The position numbers were made by a program, and so were the translations under genes. A stretch of 63,614 bases of DNA, taken from positions 1 through 63,614 of IMG/VR virus record IMGVR_UViG_3300028027_000062; one strand, given 5' to 3'. Of this stretch, positions 47,486-56,871 are shown piece by piece (within the stretch, counting starts at the first letter, position 1; every line of letters begins with the position of its first letter). The DNA comes from a virus. Lineage: Duplodnaviria > Caudoviricetes. The notes beneath the pieces were generated by a model. It was not told where the DNA came from. It saw only the letters and a list, made by a program, of their open reading frames with translations, and made no database searches.

Positions 47486-47491
47486 ACAAAT

Positions 47492-47773
47492 ATGTTAGAT
47501 CTAGATAAAGTATCTCTTAAACAAATGTTAAATAATTCTCAAGGAAAGAGTTCCTTAGGATTACTTATGGCTTTGCTTTGGGGAATTACTGGAGGTCTAA
47601 TGATGATTACAGCAGTTGTAAGCGCTTTCTTTGGTATGAATTTCTACTCAGAAGTATTTACTTATGGAGGACTACTAGTAGGTGCATCTGCATCCTTACT
47701 AGGAGTACGTCGTTTAACTGCTGATAAACAGATAATTACAATAGATAAAGAAGATAAACAAGAAGTAATTTAA
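47492..47773 (+). CDS. Holin candidate (2 TM)
   Basis: Two hydrophobic helices and a charged C-terminus, inside the lysis cassette. Confidence 0.7.
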   Translation: MLDLDKVSLKQMLNNSQGKSSLGLLMALLWGITGGLMMITAVVSAFFGMNFYSEVFTYGGLLVGASASLLGVRRLTADKQIITIDKEDKQEVI

Positions 47774-48903
47774 TGGCAACTATATCAGCATCTCAACAAC
47801 CGGCTAGTTATACTATTGACTTTGTAGTAACAAGTGAGGAATGGCCAGGTTCACCAGTATTTGTTAATATTTATAAGAATGAAGTTTTATATCATACTTA
47901 TACAGGTGTAGAAGGTGTTACATATTCTTACACTTTTAATGAGATTACTCTTGAAGGTAGTGTAGAATATACTGTAGATGGTTTAGCTAATTCTGAAAGT
48001 GAGGAGGATTATGATAGTATAAATTTAACATCATTTGAGGTTAAAGAATACAAACCCACATTTACTCTTCCTACAATAACTTGTTTAGAATTAAATCAAA
48101 GTCATAATTTTTACCCTTCTGCATGGAATCAAAATGAAAATAGTCTTTGTCCTGCTTCACCCTTACCTCAACAAATTAAATATGAGAGGTATGAGTTTAA
48201 TATGGATACAGCTTCTTATGTTTTTATAGATGATGAAATTTCTAATGTTTCAGAGGATGGAGCAGTAGATGGAACTGATTATATGTATACATGGATTCCA
48301 AATAAACTTACAATGGTTAAATTTGTAGTTACAGTTCAAAATTGTAGTACACCTGTACAAAAAAGTACTGTATTTCCTATATGTGGTACTTGGAAAATAA
48401 GAAGACTTGCTTGTGGTAATTACAGAATTTATAATTACAAGAATACTAATCTTTCTTATAGTCTTTATAAAGGTGTAGACCCTACAACTCTTCTTAAAAC
48501 AGAAATAATTCCTGCATTCTCTTATGTTGAGGTTAATCTTACAGAAGACGGTATTTATAGAGTAGTTGCCGATACTATTACACAATACATATTTAACTAC
48601 TGTGCTATTGAGGCTTGTATGTTAGATTTACATAAAAGAGTACTCTTAGATGATAGCTTATGTGATGAGTGTAAACTAGATAAGGTACTTTACCAAAAAG
48701 CACTTAGACTCCTACCTACTTATGAAACTTGGAAAAAGTTACTAGATAAAGATTGGGTATATGATATGCAGTATAAAAGCACTGATATTTCTGGAGAATT
48801 AGCTAGAATTTATGATGCTCAAGAGTTATATTTGGAGCTAATAAAATTATGTGATGAGTGCTCAACAAGTACAAAAGGATGTGGATGTGGATGTGGTTGT
48901 TAA
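47773..48903 (+). CDS. Structural protein (tail hub-like) with a Cys-rich C-terminus
   Basis: Beta-rich N-terminus, helical C-terminal domain with CDEC twice, terminal GCGCGCGC. Confidence 0.65.
   Translation: MATISASQQPASYTIDFVVTSEEWPGSPVFVNIYKNEVLYHTYTGVEGVTYSYTFNEITLEGSVEYTVDGLANSESEEDYDSINLTSFEVKEYKPTFTLPTITCLELNQSHNFYPSAWNQNENSLCPASPLPQQIKYERYEFNMDTASYVFIDDEISNVSEDGAVDGTDYMYTWIPNKLTMVKFVVTVQNCSTPVQKSTVFPICGTWKIRRLACGNYRIYNYKNTNLSYSLYKGVDPTTLLKTEIIPAFSYVEVNLTEDGIYRVVADTITQYIFNYCAIEACMLDLHKRVLLDDSLCDECKLDKVLYQKALRLLPTYETWKKLLDKDWVYDMQYKSTDISGELARIYDAQELYLELIKLCDECSTSTKGCGCGCGC
48877..48900 (+). repeat. (GGATGT)3-GGTTGT hexamer repeat encoding (GC)4
   Basis: Seen directly in the sequence. 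Confidence 0.9.
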
Positions 48904-49627
48904 CTATACCTACTATTTAGCAGATGGTAAAGAATTTTCAGAACTAGAAGAACTTATATTTAAGTATTCTTTTGTTAAGAATAAGGAATATGGGTTTATA
49001 GTTAATATTCATTGTAATGAGAATTTTAAAAAACTCTGCAATAAGTTAGAGATTGTTCCTGATAACTTTATACCCTTAGAAGAAGATCCAACTATTGATT
49101 TTAAAACTTTCTGGGCATACCATAAGATTAAGGTATATGATAAGTGTCCTGTAGGAGAATGGCATTTAGATGTAGATGCTGTATTTAAAGAGCCTCCATC
49201 TTTTAAAGATTGTGCTTTTCAAGTAGCTTACTTTGATGAGCCTCCTATTTCTAATTTTAGTATCTGTATTCCTCCAGATTATAAGTTTCCAGTATTCGCT
49301 TCCCCTTCATTTAAAGGATTTAATATGAGTGCTTTATGCTTTCATAATCAAAATCTTAAAGATATTTATTGTAAAAATGCTATACTATTTATGCAAAACA
49401 ATAAAGATGTTATTAATGATGCTGGATGGCAGCACATGGTGTATGCTGAGCAAGCTTTTATATTACAAATATGTGAGTACTATAATTACTCGTATAAGTT
49501 TATTATTGATGATACAGATTACTATCATCTAGGAGAATTTAAAAAATTCCAAACAGAAGAAGAAAAAAATAAAACTATAAACAAAATTAAGAATTTATTA
49601 TGCCAACTTTTAATACAGACTCAATAA
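48893..49627 (+). CDS. GT-A glycosyltransferase-like protein (DUF6734-like)
   Basis: FWAYHKI, HLDVDAVF (DxD), FNMS, AEQ and YYHLG. Start uncertain (GTG 48893 versus 48851 in the track). Confidence 0.65.
   Translation: MVVNYTYYLADGKEFSELEELIFKYSFVKNKEYGFIVNIHCNENFKKLCNKLEIVPDNFIPLEEDPTIDFKTFWAYHKIKVYDKCPVGEWHLDVDAVFKEPPSFKDCAFQVAYFDEPPISNFSICIPPDYKFPVFASPSFKGFNMSALCFHNQNLKDIYCKNAILFMQNNKDVINDAGWQHMVYAEQAFILQICEYYNYSYKFIIDDTDYYHLGEFKKFQTEEEKNKTINKIKNLLCQLLIQTQ
49491..49497 (+). promoter_or_regulatory. CGTATAA element
   Basis: ~100 nt before ATG 49600. Confidence 0.5.
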
Positions 49628-50502
49628 GGATCTTTAAAGATGATTCTTCTAAAACAGTAGAAACTGCTCTTACTAAAACTTTTTATGGTGTAGGTGCTGT
49701 AGGCCAAGATGAAGCTAATGGTTATCCAAGTGATAATCTTAGTAACCTTCCTTTTACATTAGCCAGTTATGAAATTACTGTACCAGTAACTTTATCACAA
49801 ACTGCAGCAATTACTAGTGGTACTAAAATTGTTGATACAACAGGTACTCCATTTACATCAACTGAAGTTGATGCAGGTAAATTTTTATGGGATGCTACTG
49901 ATGCAACAGCTCTTAAACTTATTGGTAAAATTGCTACAGTTACTGATAGTAATACTGTTGTTCTTGAGGATAATTATGTTGGAACTAACTTAACTGTTGC
50001 TCCTTGTTACATTTCAACTTCTACTAATAATAATGTAAATTTTAATACCTCAGGTGAATTTTTTATACTTGTTAAAGTAGGAGCTGGTAGTACTTCAGAG
50101 TTTAAACGCATTCCAAATACTTCAGTAGCAGGAACATCAGGAGGTTTAAATGTTACACCTACTCTTAATTCAGAGTACAATGTTAATGGTTCTTTAAATA
50201 ATACTTATGTTAGTTTAAAAAGAATATCTGTTAAAGGTACAAAAGGAACTTATACAGCAGCTGTAGATGTACCAGCTATTATTACTAGAATTAATAGTTA
50301 TGTTGTAGATGGTGTTGATACTTTTAGATTTACTTCAGATATTCCTTTATGGGTAGCTTATAAAATTAATCCTTTTGGTTCAAATTCTGTAAATTTTAGT
50401 AAAAATACAGTATACTCATTAGAAGTTAATGAAACTCTTCCATATTATGCAGAAGTAAGTGCTTATAGTAAAACAGCCTCAGCTGCTGCTGGACATTTTT
50501 AA
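49600..50502 (+). CDS. Putative virion structural protein
   Basis: 300 aa, Thr/Ser/Gly-rich beta protein in the tail region. Confidence 0.65.
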   Translation: MPTFNTDSIRIFKDDSSKTVETALTKTFYGVGAVGQDEANGYPSDNLSNLPFTLASYEITVPVTLSQTAAITSGTKIVDTTGTPFTSTEVDAGKFLWDATDATALKLIGKIATVTDSNTVVLEDNYVGTNLTVAPCYISTSTNNNVNFNTSGEFFILVKVGAGSTSEFKRIPNTSVAGTSGGLNVTPTLNSEYNVNGSLNNTYVSLKRISVKGTKGTYTAAVDVPAIITRINSYVVDGVDTFRFTSDIPLWVAYKINPFGSNSVNFSKNTVYSLEVNETLPYYAEVSAYSKTASAAAGHF

Positions 50503-50505
50503 TAT

Positions 50506-51468
50506 ATGGCAAAGATATATCTAACTTCTTCAAATTCAGCAAGGGTTTTTCTTGTATCTGAAGAACCTAGCGTTATAAGAACTTATCTTGTTACAGATGG
50601 GGCTAAGAAGTTATATATTACTAGTAAAGAATTTGAACCTGTTAGAGTATATTTTAGTACACCTTCTTCTGTAAAGGTGTACTTTAATACTGCAAATCCA
50701 CCAAATCCTGGTGCATATGTAGTAACTGTTAATTCTAATAAAGTATACTTTAATACCGAACCTTTAGATGCATCTTCTTATACTAATATCTGTTACTATC
50801 CTAAAAAGTTAGATATTATTAGACAGAAAGCTACTCTCTTAATTTGGGATATAATAAAAAAAAAATTATACTCTTCTTTAACTTATGAAGGTTGGGGAAA
50901 AATAAATACAAGAGGTTACTTCTCAGCAGGTAATGTAAGATTGCTTCTTGATTATCTATCTTCTATATGGTTAGAGAGAGATAATGATAGCAGATCTGGA
51001 CTAGTTAGAACTTCTGATTACTACTATACTAAGTATAAGATTAATGATATTATAGTAAACTTTAGAAACTGTGATATTAATATAAAACCAATAGTAGCTC
51101 TCTTTGATCTAAATTCGTATAGTGTTATAGATGGGAATTGGCCTAATTATTTTATTATAAATAATATACTTAATCCTCCTACTGAAGAAGCTCTTAAAAC
51201 ATTGAAACAGTATACAGACATATTTACTTTAGATGGAGATATAGTTGCAGATAGCAATCAGAGTAAGTATACTTTATCTAATGCACAGACTAACTTTCCA
51301 TTAACTAAGACTCTTAAGTATCTCACTAACTTTAGTATTAATGGTAGTGATTATATTGGGTATGTAGATTATAACTACACTACAGTAACTTACTCACCTT
51401 CAGTATTAAATGGCTATACTATCACAAGTTCTGATACTGTAACTATAACATACTGGTATGAAGAGTAA
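50506..51468 (+). CDS. Putative tail-associated structural protein with N-terminal short repeats
   Basis: About seven [KR]x[YF] strand repeats; the C-terminus ends DTVTITYWY. Confidence 0.6.
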   Translation: MAKIYLTSSNSARVFLVSEEPSVIRTYLVTDGAKKLYITSKEFEPVRVYFSTPSSVKVYFNTANPPNPGAYVVTVNSNKVYFNTEPLDASSYTNICYYPKKLDIIRQKATLLIWDIIKKKLYSSLTYEGWGKINTRGYFSAGNVRLLLDYLSSIWLERDNDSRSGLVRTSDYYYTKYKINDIIVNFRNCDINIKPIVALFDLNSYSVIDGNWPNYFIINNILNPPTEEALKTLKQYTDIFTLDGDIVADSNQSKYTLSNAQTNFPLTKTLKYLTNFSINGSDYIGYVDYNYTTVTYSPSVLNGYTITSSDTVTITYWYEE

Positions 51469-54262
51469 ACAGATATTTTTTGAGAACTTAATTGCAGACT
51501 ATACAGTTGGTGGTATAGATCAAGGTACTAACTTAGCTAATAAGACTTTATATGAGATTATAGAATTACTCCTTAGTGCTGAAGCTGGAGGAGGTAGTGG
51601 TCTTTTATATGGAAATGCTACCAATGGTGGAAGTGGTAATAATTATACTACTACTATAGATACAGTTACTTCTTATAATCAAGGAGATTCTTATTTAATT
51701 AAGTTTGATGCTAATAATACTGGTAATACTGAAATAGATATTAATTCTATTGGAGATGCAAGAATATATAAAGACGGTTCAAATACTCCATTAGAAGCCG
51801 ATGATATTATTGCTGATAAAATTTATATTATTGCTTATGATGGTGAAAATTTTCAATTAGTAACTCTTGGAGGTGGAAGTACTGTAAATACTGGTAATAT
51901 TAGATTTAATGAAAGCCAAATATATAGTACTGAAAATTTTGTAGATATACATACTGATGATGAGTATGTACAATTTAGTTATACTAATACTGCATTTGAT
52001 AATAGCCCTTTACAAGTTAACCAAAATTGGTTTTGGTTAGATAACTCTGGAGTTAATATTGAAGTTAGTGGTAATGATGGAGAGGGTAATCCATATAATT
52101 ATATATGGAACTTTTCCTCAACTACTGGAATATTAAGTGTTCCAGGAAGAATATCATTTGGTAATATAAACTATCAAAGTATTGGTGTAGGTAATGTAGC
52201 TGCTCATGCAGGTTATTATGGTATATCTTTATATTGCTCAGTAGGTTATGAGTTAAATTGGCAAGAAGGCTATCTTGCTGCTAGAAATCCTAATGCTCCT
52301 TATGATTTAAGACCTATATACTTAGACTCTTTACTTAAGTATACAACTCCAGAAGATTATCCTACATTCTATGCAACATTTGATGCTGATACTTTAATTA
52401 CTCAAGGTTATTTAGATGCACAAGGTTATCTTATTTCTTTTACAGAAACAGATCCTATTTACACAGATTCTTCTTGGTATAGCACTACTAACAACTCAGG
52501 TAATTGGGATACTGCTTATGGATGGGGTAATCATGCAAGTGCTGGTTATCTTACTGATGCTCCTAGTGACACTAAAACTTATGGTAGAAAAGATGGTGCA
52601 TGGTCAGAGGTAACTTCTGGAGGAGGTTCTGGAGATATGCTTAAATCTACATATGATGTAGATAATGATGGAATTGTAGATAAGGCTGAGAGAATAGAAA
52701 TTATAGTTAGAAACAGTACAGGTTCTACCTTAACAAAAGGTCAAATTGTATACTTAAGTGGAGCTACTGGTAATAGACCTAATGCTGTACTGGCAGACGC
52801 TAGTGATGAGGCAACTTCTTCCAAAACTATTGGAATGGTTGTAGCTGATATTTTAAATAATGCTGATGGTAATGTTGCTGTAAATGGAACTTTGCATGAT
52901 TTAAATACTAACTCTTTTGCAGATGGAGATACTCTTTGGTTAAGTACAACTGCAGGAGAAATGGTAACTAATACTCCTCCTGCAGAGCCTAATCATACAG
53001 TATTTATTGGATATGTAGCAAGAGCTCATCCTACTCAAGGAAGAATAGTATTAGCTATTCAAAATGGGTATGAGTTAAATGAGTTACATGGAGTAGATTT
53101 AGTTACTAGTGCTCCTGTAGATGGAGATGTGCTTGCTTTTGTGGGAAGTCCTACAAACTTATGGAGAAATATTTCATCTACCTCCCTCAGTCTAAGTGCT
53201 TCTAATCTTAATACTGGTACAGTTCCTCTTGATAGGTTGGGTACTAATTCTCCTACAACTAACACATATTTAGCATGGGATAATACTTGGAGAACAGCAA
53301 CAGCTTCTGGAACTATTGCTTCCGGCACAGCAAGAAGACTTGCTATATACACAAGTACTACAGGATTAGATGATACTTTAGATGCTGGTAATACTGCTAT
53401 TGTAGTTGCAGCACATGCTACAGGTAGAGTTTATACTATACCTGATTCTGGTGCAGCAGCTTCATTTGTAATGACTGAAGGTACTCAAAATATTGTAGGA
53501 ACAAAATCATTTACTGGTAGTGCAGGTCCTTTACAATTTACTCAAATAGGAGCTGGTACATTTACTGGACCAACTACTGGAGCAACTCCATCACTAGGAA
53601 CAAGAATTGTTATAGCTCCAGGTGCAGTAGGACAAACTCCTCTTTCATTAGGTTGGAGTAATTCTTATGAGTTTTGGATAGCAGGAAGACATTTTATATC
53701 TTTTTATCCAAGAAATCAAACTTCATCTGTAGGTGCTTTTGAGTATGTTCTTAGTACAGCAGGTACAACAGGTCTTACTCTTACTACTACATATGGTGTT
53801 GCTCCAGCATTGAGAACACTTGGTTGGTTACATGTAGCAGGAGCAACTACTGGAGCTGTACCTACTCTTACAACTGCAAGAAGTGTTGGTACTAAAATTG
53901 TTTTAAGAGATTCTTTCCTTGCTTCTACTAATTTAGATGCTGCTATAGGTACAGTTGATGAGCAAGTTGGATCAAGTTTTGCTACATTATGGTTTACTGC
54001 TCCAAGAGATATTACTTTTTATACAAACAGTGGTACAACAGAAAGATTTAGAATTAATAGTACAGGTTTAAGTTATAATGCAACAAAAATTCTAGGTTCT
54101 AGAATTACAGGTTGGGGAACTCCATCAGGTACATTAACAAGAGCTACTATAGCTGCTGATGCTGCATTAGCTACACCTACACAAGCTGAATTTAATGCTT
54201 TAGCTCAAAATGTTAGAGCTTTAATAACAGATTTAAGAACTCACGGTTTAATAGGAACATAA
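51458..54262 (+). CDS. Tail fibre / receptor-binding protein
   Basis: 934 aa, Gly/Thr/Ser-rich. Fibre-type motifs FTETDP, NWDTAYGWGNHASAGYL, DAPSD...YGRKDGAW, GDMLKSTYD, C-terminal ALITDLRTHGLI. Confidence 0.85.
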   Translation: MKSKQIFFENLIADYTVGGIDQGTNLANKTLYEIIELLLSAEAGGGSGLLYGNATNGGSGNNYTTTIDTVTSYNQGDSYLIKFDANNTGNTEIDINSIGDARIYKDGSNTPLEADDIIADKIYIIAYDGENFQLVTLGGGSTVNTGNIRFNESQIYSTENFVDIHTDDEYVQFSYTNTAFDNSPLQVNQNWFWLDNSGVNIEVSGNDGEGNPYNYIWNFSSTTGILSVPGRISFGNINYQSIGVGNVAAHAGYYGISLYCSVGYELNWQEGYLAARNPNAPYDLRPIYLDSLLKYTTPEDYPTFYATFDADTLITQGYLDAQGYLISFTETDPIYTDSSWYSTTNNSGNWDTAYGWGNHASAGYLTDAPSDTKTYGRKDGAWSEVTSGGGSGDMLKSTYDVDNDGIVDKAERIEIIVRNSTGSTLTKGQIVYLSGATGNRPNAVLADASDEATSSKTIGMVVADILNNADGNVAVNGTLHDLNTNSFADGDTLWLSTTAGEMVTNTPPAEPNHTVFIGYVARAHPTQGRIVLAIQNGYELNELHGVDLVTSAPVDGDVLAFVGSPTNLWRNISSTSLSLSASNLNTGTVPLDRLGTNSPTTNTYLAWDNTWRTATASGTIASGTARRLAIYTSTTGLDDTLDAGNTAIVVAAHATGRVYTIPDSGAAASFVMTEGTQNIVGTKSFTGSAGPLQFTQIGAGTFTGPTTGATPSLGTRIVIAPGAVGQTPLSLGWSNSYEFWIAGRHFISFYPRNQTSSVGAFEYVLSTAGTTGLTLTTTYGVAPALRTLGWLHVAGATTGAVPTLTTARSVGTKIVLRDSFLASTNLDAAIGTVDEQVGSSFATLWFTAPRDITFYTNSGTTERFRINSTGLSYNATKILGSRITGWGTPSGTLTRATIAADAALATPTQAEFNALAQNVRALITDLRTHGLIGT

Positions 54263-54266
54263 AATT

Positions 54267-54626
54267 ATGATATACAATATAAGTGATGAGCCTACATATG
54301 GCTTTAAAAGAAAAGTAGAATTATCTCAAATATATATAGGGTTTCAAGATTTTGTAGATAAATCTGTTAGTCTAGCTTTTGTGGTAAATTATTATGAAGA
54401 AAATGGGACTACCCTTATTACTCTTATTCCTAAAAAACAAGTAATTCTTAGAGCAGATGAAAGTACTTGGGTAGATCAAAATGGAACTATTGTACCAGAA
54501 GGAGATCCTACTGCAGTAATGACTGAGTATGATTTCTTTATAATGTTAATGAATGTACCTATAGTAATCTCTGATATTGTAGAAGCTAAGGTAGCTTGGG
54601 CAGATAATTTAGGTAGATTTGATTAG
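54267..54626 (+). CDS. Hypothetical protein (tail fibre assembly candidate)
   Basis: Acidic 119-aa ORF right after the fibre gene. Confidence 0.6.
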   Translation: MIYNISDEPTYGFKRKVELSQIYIGFQDFVDKSVSLAFVVNYYEENGTTLITLIPKKQVILRADESTWVDQNGTIVPEGDPTAVMTEYDFFIMLMNVPIVISDIVEAKVAWADNLGRFD

Positions 54627-54627
54627 T

Positions 54628-55095
54628 ATGAAAGATTGGAGCATTATATTAGTTAAGAATACTAAAGGTAATATACTACAAGTAATATACTGGTGGCTTA
54701 TAAGAGTTTGTACAGGAGCTAATTATAATCATGCTCAATTAGTTAGAAAACTTAATGGTAGATTATATATCTGTGAGAGTGAGGTAAGTGGATTTAGAGT
54801 AACTAAACCTCTTGAGCAATGGTACTTAGAACAAGAAACTAAACAAAGAGTTTACTTAGTTATAGATCTACCAAACCCATCAATTACTAGATTTAATGAG
54901 GTACTTGGTAATAAGTATGATTTAGGTTATTGGATATATCTTACAAAAAGATTCTCAGATATGAAGAGTAGTAATTGTTTTCAAAGTATTTCTTATATTT
55001 TTGGGCTCAAAAAGTATTGGTTAGCAACAGCTAATACTCTATTAGACTCGTATAATAATTTAAATAATGTACAACATGACAACAAAGATATTTGA
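54628..55095 (+). CDS. Permuted papain-like (YiiX/NlpC-P60) protein
   Basis: His precedes Cys: YNHAQL...LGNKYD...NCFQSI. ATG 54628 is the likely start. Confidence 0.65.
   Translation: MKDWSIILVKNTKGNILQVIYWWLIRVCTGANYNHAQLVRKLNGRLYICESEVSGFRVTKPLEQWYLEQETKQRVYLVIDLPNPSITRFNEVLGNKYDLGYWIYLTKRFSDMKSSNCFQSISYIFGLKKYWLATANTLLDSYNNLNNVQHDNKDI
55049..55055 (+). promoter_or_regulatory. CGTATAA element
   Basis: 11-20 nt before the ATGs at 55067 and 55076. Confidence 0.55.
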
Positions 55096-55384
55096 TTTAA
55101 CTAAGGGTGAAGCTTACATCCTGTTTACTGCAGTAATGGGAATTTCTGCTAGAAACAAACAAGAAAGTTTTCTAAACTATGATTTGAGTGTAAAGTTCCT
55201 CTCTATTAAGAAAGCTTTACAACTTACTATGGATGCTCTAGAGGAAGCTAAGGTTACAGTTAATGAAGTATTTTCTGATGAGGCACTTACAGAGTATACT
55301 CTACCTACATTCTCTGAAGATGAATTGAAAGTCTTTATCAAAGGGCCAGATGAGTTGGAAGCATTTGAGAAATTAGTCAGTTAA
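55067..55384 (+). CDS. Hypothetical protein
   Basis: 105-aa helical acidic ORF. Confidence 0.7.
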   Translation: MYNMTTKIFDLTKGEAYILFTAVMGISARNKQESFLNYDLSVKFLSIKKALQLTMDALEEAKVTVNEVFSDEALTEYTLPTFSEDELKVFIKGPDELEAFEKLVS

Positions 55385-55400
55385 AAAAAACTCCACGTCT

Positions 55401-55823
55401 ATGCAACTATTCCAAGATAATGATTTAGGACCTCTAGCTATACTAGCAACTACTTTAGTTTCTCTTGGAATAGTTACTAGTATATTCTTATCCCCTGTTG
55501 GACAAAAGGTTTACATTGATAAGAATCTAAATATCTCTAAAGATACTATAGTACAAGAGAGTAGTAGATGGTATTATACTTCTGATTCTAGTAATAAAGA
55601 GATTAAAATTAGTGTATATAAAGATAAGACAGGTACTCCTTATGAGGAGGTGTATATACAACCTGATGATTATGTAGATTTACATCTAAAAAATGGTGTA
55701 AATATTATGCATATAAGAACTTTAGGTAGCTATCCATTCGTATATAAGAGGTATAAAATCCTTCAATATAAAGAAGAAAAAGTACCCAATTCTTATAAAT
55801 TAAAACACATAATAGACAAATGA
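55401..55823 (+). CDS. Membrane-anchored hypothetical protein
   Basis: N-terminal hydrophobic helix followed by a beta-rich domain. Confidence 0.7.
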   Translation: MQLFQDNDLGPLAILATTLVSLGIVTSIFLSPVGQKVYIDKNLNISKDTIVQESSRWYYTSDSSNKEIKISVYKDKTGTPYEEVYIQPDDYVDLHLKNGVNIMHIRTLGSYPFVYKRYKILQYKEEKVPNSYKLKHIIDK

Positions 55824-56182
55824 CTGGTTTAGAAACATTAGTATTAATTGGTAAAATAATTACTCCACTTATAGTACTAGGACTTAGTACAGCTATTAAA
55901 TTCCTCTGGGATATTAAAGTAAACTCTAAACAAGTACAAGAAGAATTTCATAACTTTAAGATACAATTTACATCAGAGATATCTTCTATTAAGAATAAGA
56001 TTGATGTGCTAGATAGTAAGACAAGAGATTCTTATACCAAATCAGATAGTGATAACAGATTACTTATATTAGAGAATAAGTTGATGAAGGATATGACAGA
56101 TCAATTTACCAAGCTTAGAGATTTGATTTATTCTACAGTAAATAGAAGTAAACAAATCTCCAAACCTGATAAGGGTGATTAG
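55820..56182 (+). CDS. Single-TM coiled-coil protein (holin/antiholin-like)
   Basis: N-terminal TM helix plus coiled coil. CGTATAT at 55739 upstream. Confidence 0.6.
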   Translation: MTGLETLVLIGKIITPLIVLGLSTAIKFLWDIKVNSKQVQEEFHNFKIQFTSEISSIKNKIDVLDSKTRDSYTKSDSDNRLLILENKLMKDMTDQFTKLRDLIYSTVNRSKQISKPDKGD

Positions 56183-56871
56183 TTATTCCAAGCTTCTAAA
56201 GTATATTTAAAAGGATTACCTTCAATAGACTTTACTATTTCTAACATTCCTTGTGCTATATCTCTAATTTCTACTTGTGCATGCTCACTATTCCTAAGTT
56301 TAAGAAAGTTAGCAAAGCTACGCATATTAAACATTACATCAGCTTGTATCTGAGAGTTATAAGTTTTAAAATATCTAGCAGATTCTTTAGCTCTCTTTCT
56401 ACCAATAATTGGAGTAAGATCTTCTAATGCTTTATGATATAAAGAATTACCAATTCTAGTATAGTTATCTAGTAACTCCATCCAACTAACACTTCCCCAA
56501 TTAGCATCTACTTGAGTACCAATATAATTCATATTATGATGTTTTTCATCTACAAGAACATCTTTCCAATCTTCAGGTAAATAATACTTATCTTCCTTCA
56601 ACTCTTTATACCTAGCACTTTCAGCATTAATAGAAGCTATTCTATGCTTTAATAAATGTATGTGAGAAGCAATATCACAATCTACTAAGAAATGCACTGT
56701 AGCCTTCTCAAATGGAGTCTCATGACCATTACTCCACAGTGAGTTAATTAATGCTGGTATTCTAGCTTTCTTATCTTCTGTAAGTTCTCTACTAGTACTT
56801 GTCCAAGCTGAGCAGGCTATAACCTCATCTGAACCATAATATCCTAGTAACTCTACTTTATTTCTCATCAT
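56179..56871 (-). CDS. thyX: Flavin-dependent thymidylate synthase
   Basis: GHETPFE, KHRIASINAESARY (RHRxxS..SxR variant), KESARY, LRNSEHAQVEIR. Likely start is ATG 56871 or 56868. Confidence 0.92.
   Translation of the reverse strand: MMRNKVELLGYYGSDEVIACSAWTSTSRELTEDKKARIPALINSLWSNGHETPFEKATVHFLVDCDIASHIHLLKHRIASINAESARYKELKEDKYYLPEDWKDVLVDEKHHNMNYIGTQVDANWGSVSWMELLDNYTRIGNSLYHKALEDLTPIIGRKRAKESARYFKTYNSQIQADVMFNMRSFANFLKLRNSEHAQVEIRDIAQGMLEIVKSIEGNPFKYTLEAWNN

Noticed and set aside
51458-54626. Diversity-generating retroelement or invertible tail-fibre switch
   Set aside because: No reverse transcriptase or recombinase, and no near-identical template/variable repeat pair or flanking inverted repeats noticed.
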